64,000 bases of DNA, from NCBI GenBank assembly GCA_002633005.1, contig NMRA01000054.1, positions 1,055,541 through 1,119,540 of the forward strand. Reading direction: 5' to 3'. The notes under the pieces were generated by a model. The model had not been told where the DNA came from and searched no databases. It was given only the letters and a program-made list of their open reading frames with translations. Below are positions 62,901 to 64,000 of this stretch, in pieces. A program made the translations under genes and the position numbers. Origin of the DNA: Phoronis australis (lineage: Eukaryota; Animalia; Phoronida). Within the stretch, counting starts at the first letter, position 1; each line of letters begins with the position of its first letter.

Positions 62901-63676
62901 AACCAAGGTAGGGTAATAACACACTTCCGAGGTTCATGTGACCTGATACACCCGAGGAATCAGTCTGTATTTGTTTTATTATATGACCACTGCTTCTTCT
63001 TTCCTCTTATTTATGAAAAGTGATATTCTTCACTAAGTCAATATCATGCTGTATCAGAAGAAGTTACACTGTGTTTCAGCCAGTCAGTAACCAGAAGTAT
63101 TATTGGTGATGTAATAATTTCTAGTAATCTAGAGAGTTAATCACGTTATAGAACAAGTCGTCATTTCAACTTAAATGTTTCAGCAACAGCTTTGCTAAGC
63201 TTGGGTAGTGTGATAAAGCTTGGCAAAAATATCTTATTTGCAAAGATAAACAAAATGGAATTTCATTTATGTGGTTACCATGGAAATAATGTGTTTACTG
63301 ATCCATGGCAGATGTCTTCACACTTGATGACAGCAACTTCTGTTATCACGACATGCTGCTTGGAGTAAAATTTATTTCTAAATAAATATTATTCAGTTTG
63401 TATTATCCAAAAGGCTTTTTTTTACTTCTGTTTGAATTTTTGTGCTGTTTTTTTTTGCAGAAGAGAAAAATTTTAAGGAGGACCATCTATCACCAGCCTA
63501 TGGACCTGATGCTTGTTAAGGATAATGACGGCGGTGTGCAATCATTGGACAACGTGAGCAGCGAAATGTCTTCCGAACTTGTTCATAATCACGTGGACAA
63601 TAACTTTTGCACATACGCTGATCCTATTGAATACACGAGCCCATCGTACATGTTAATGAGAGAACAACGAGTGTGA
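26513..63676 (+). CDS. GRIN1: Ionotropic glutamate receptor NMDA subunit 1 (GluN1/NR1-like); join(26513..26929,28190..28366,44317..44417,45574..45686,46125..46329,50050..50203,51547..51642,52872..53034,56041..56162,56784..56951,57378..57612,58130..58278,58773..58930,59803..59975,61024..61131,61363..61508,63461..63676)
   Basis: 17 phase-compatible GT-AG exons total 2901 nt (966 aa). Contains a signal peptide, ATD (FSDK|[13 protein letters not shown]), S1 ([15 protein letters not shown]), M1, M2 with the N-site (WGVLLNSG), M3 [16 protein letters not shown]2 (QVELSTM, AFLWD), M4 ([13 protein letters not shown]) and a C0-like tail. The start codon is uncertain (ATG at 26513, 26519 or 26531). Confidence 0.95.
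28190..28366 (+). CDS. GRIN1: GRIN1-like exon 2
   Basis: [20 protein letters not shown]...DAVK|gtatg. Confidence 0.93.
28459..28570. repeat. Short tandem repeat, ~17-bp unit GGTAGACTTTGGGTATA, about 6-7 copies
   Basis: Directly visible degenerate repeats. Confidence 0.85.
28791..28958. repeat. Inverted repeat with ~56-bp arms (MITE-like)
   Basis: tagaatataaatcggtaaataaaacaacaagaatggatcaa... versus ...ttgatccattcttgttgttttatttaccgattgatattcta. Confidence 0.9.
29768..30095. mobile_element. MITE with ~58-bp terminal inverted repeats
   Basis: gatcaagtttgagtctaatactggaattaaaacttacaaatattagcgacgttgcgtc and its near-exact reverse complement at about 30038-30095. Confidence 0.85.
32874..32887. promoter_or_regulatory. 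RFX X-box-like motif GTTACCATGGCAAC in GRIN1 intron 2
   Basis: Matches the GTTRCCATGGYAAC consensus; motif match only. Confidence 0.35.
34100..34768. repeat. 32-bp minisatellite (TGTGATGTCGTATGGTGAATATGTTGGTGCAC)n, split by an N and a duplicated flank
   Basis: Directly visible 32-bp periodicity; it explains the repetitive His/Thr-rich ORFs on the minus strand. Confidence 0.95.
36556..36913. mobile_element. MITE with ~135-bp TIRs, CAAGGTACC termini and a 5-bp TSD (TATGT)
   Basis: 36556-36690 is the reverse complement of about 36779-36913; tatgt at 36551-36555 and 36914-36918. Confidence 0.88.
38104..38268. mobile_element. Short MITE of the same family as 5815-6024
   Basis: ggtaaaatctcgcaatttaggac ... 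gtccaaaattggcaagattttacc inverted termini. Confidence 0.65.
38541..38844. mobile_element. MITE with CCCC..GTCACTCAT.TTGACAAGGTGCCC TIRs and a TTTAG(C) TSD
   Basis: About 35-bp inverted termini; tttagc on both flanks. Confidence 0.8.
40457..41762. mobile_element. Degenerate element with an internal ~150-bp tandem repeat (Helentron/HINE-like)
   Basis: Eight spaced copies of a gtgcc.cctagtgg-like motif, recurring atttt.tgaaattt(ggc), T-rich insertion context. The family call is an inference from architecture. Confidence 0.5.
43374..43755. repeat. Inverted repeat pair, ~57-bp degenerate arms
   Basis: ...atatgcgtgaacttggaat (to 43430) versus attccaagttcacgcatac... (from about 43698). Confidence 0.75.
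43900..44280. mobile_element. Tc1/mariner(pogo)-type MITE
   Basis: TA-CCGTAAAGCTTCTAATAGAAGCCGGG left end with a degenerate inverted right end ending in TA; internal repeats of taatagaagc. Confidence 0.65.
44317..44417 (+). CDS. GRIN1: GRIN1-like exon 3
   Basis: [33 protein letters not shown]; phase 0 to 2. Confidence 0.88.
45574..45686 (+). CDS. GRIN1: GRIN1-like exon 4
   Basis: [37 protein letters not shown]. Confidence 0.92.
46125..46329 (+). CDS. GRIN1: GRIN1-like exon 5
   Basis: [21 protein letters not shown]...GEIIYE|gtaag. Confidence 0.9.
46352..46795 (+). mobile_element. Non-autonomous DNA transposon, CAGGGCTTGGAA TIRs, 6-bp TSD GTGCTA (hAT-like)
   Basis: 12-bp perfect TIR; gtgcta on both sides; second copy at 51729-52227. 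Confidence 0.9.
47670..49624. mobile_element. Non-autonomous Kolobok-type DNA transposon (~1.95 kb), TTAA TSD
   Basis: TTAA-GGTAGGTGTATACAC ... GTGTATCCACCTACC-TTAA (15-bp TIR, one mismatch); no transposase ORF. Confidence 0.8.
50050..50203 (+). CDS. GRIN1: GRIN1-like exon 6
   Basis: [33 protein letters not shown]...VGSYNVL. Confidence 0.9.
51547..51642 (+). CDS. GRIN1: GRIN1-like exon 7
   Basis: [32 protein letters not shown]. Confidence 0.9.
51729..52227 (+). mobile_element. Second copy of the CAGGGCTTGGAA element, 6-bp TSD ACATAC
   Basis: Colinear with 46352-46795; acatac at 51723-51728 and 52228-52233. Confidence 0.9.
52872..53034 (+). CDS. GRIN1: GRIN1-like exon 8 (S1, loop 1)
   Basis: [15 protein letters not shown]...CPKTLPNG, G|gtgag donor. 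Confidence 0.88.
53103..55039. mobile_element. Probable ~1.9-kb non-autonomous hAT-like element
   Basis: CAGTGACTCATCTAG ... CTAGATGAGTACCTG (13/15 inverted match); no clear TSD; no recognisable ORF. Confidence 0.45.
56041..56162 (+). CDS. GRIN1: GRIN1-like exon 9
   Basis: [14 protein letters not shown]...[11 protein letters not shown]|gtaag. Confidence 0.92.
56784..56951 (+). CDS. GRIN1: GRIN1-like exon 10
   Basis: [49 protein letters not shown]. Confidence 0.93.
57352..57375. repeat. (CT)n microsatellite serving as the polypyrimidine tract of exon 11
   Basis: About 12 CT units directly before the AG at 57376-57377. Confidence 0.9.
57378..57612 (+). CDS. GRIN1: GRIN1-like exon 11 (M1, M2)
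   Basis: [31 protein letters not shown]. Confidence 0.95.
58130..58278 (+). CDS. GRIN1: GRIN1-like exon 12 (M3)
   Basis: [39 protein letters not shown]. Confidence 0.96.
58773..58930 (+). CDS. GRIN1: GRIN1-like exon 13
   Basis: [31 protein letters not shown]. Confidence 0.93.
59803..59975 (+). CDS. GRIN1: GRIN1-like exon 14
   Basis: [22 protein letters not shown]...KGSPW...ILAMHE; AAG acceptor. Confidence 0.92.
61024..61131 (+). CDS. GRIN1: GRIN1-like exon 15
   Basis: [11 protein letters not shown]...[12 protein letters not shown]. Confidence 0.94.
61363..61508 (+). CDS. GRIN1: GRIN1-like exon 16 (M4, C0)
   Basis: [24 protein letters not shown]...[10 protein letters not shown]|gtaat. Confidence 0.95.
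62173..62247 (+). CDS. GRIN1: Candidate alternative C-terminal exon of the GRIN1-like gene
   Basis: Strong pyrimidine tract plus cag at phase 0; [24 protein letters not shown] then stop; resembles the start of the distal terminal exon. Confidence 0.6.
   Translation, partial: KRKRLRDTWAFYRSAFAHPQTGSV
63461..63676 (+). CDS. GRIN1: GRIN1-like distal terminal coding exon
   Basis: T-rich tract plus gcag acceptor; [10 protein letters not shown]...[10 protein letters not shown] then stop. Confidence 0.85.
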   Translation, partial: KRKILRRTIYHQPMDLMLVKDNDGGVQSLDNVSSEMSSELVHNHVDNNFCTYADPIEYTSPSYMLMREQRV

Positions 63677-64000
63677 GCAGTCAGCCATTTTGGTAGAGTG
63701 CAGCGCTCTGGTCAGGCGTCTGGCATCTCGGTGTCTGACTTCTTCATGACTTGGGCTGGTTGTCCAGGCATTCTGTTTTGTTTTGTGTAAAGGACATTTG
63801 CCATCAAGATGAAGTTTAACCAAGAGATGTGTTTACGGTGTTGGAGAGGCAATATCTCGTACGTTTTTGCTAGTTTGTATTTCTATTTGTATTGAATGAC
63901 TGCTTTAAGACAAAGTAATCCCTATACGATTTCTTAGTCAGAATCTCTGAACTTTTTTCCATTATGAAATTGTGATTTATTTATGGTTAGTCTTCACTTA

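Overview
Intron-rich, AT-rich animal genomic DNA, not prokaryotic; gene and repeat style suggest a marine invertebrate, probably a lophotrochozoan (inference). I reconstructed three genes by reading splice sites and phases. (1) The 3' part of a PXYLP1-like histidine acid phosphatase on + (exons 949-1083 and 3793-4970). (2) A complete 8-exon CHMP2B (ESCRT-III) on - (18147 to 8758, 210 aa), with one GC-AG intron. (3) A complete 17-exon NMDA receptor subunit 1 (GRIN1/NMDAR1-like) on + (26513-63676, about 966 aa). The GRIN1-like gene has a second candidate C-terminal exon, a cysteine-expanded LBD loop 1, and several substitutions at ligand-pocket and pore-loop positions. Introns hold many non-autonomous DNA transposons and MITEs, several with clear TSDs. 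They also hold a truncated L1/Tx1-like insertion with a 105-bp flanking duplication, tRNA-derived sequences, a 32-bp minisatellite, and a degenerate ~150-bp repeat carrying CTCF-like motifs. Assembly gaps lie at 17365-17880 and 19713-20023, with single Ns at 34308 and 52243. I found no CRISPR, rRNA or intact transposase. Comparisons to human and fly proteins are from memory, not from a run alignment.
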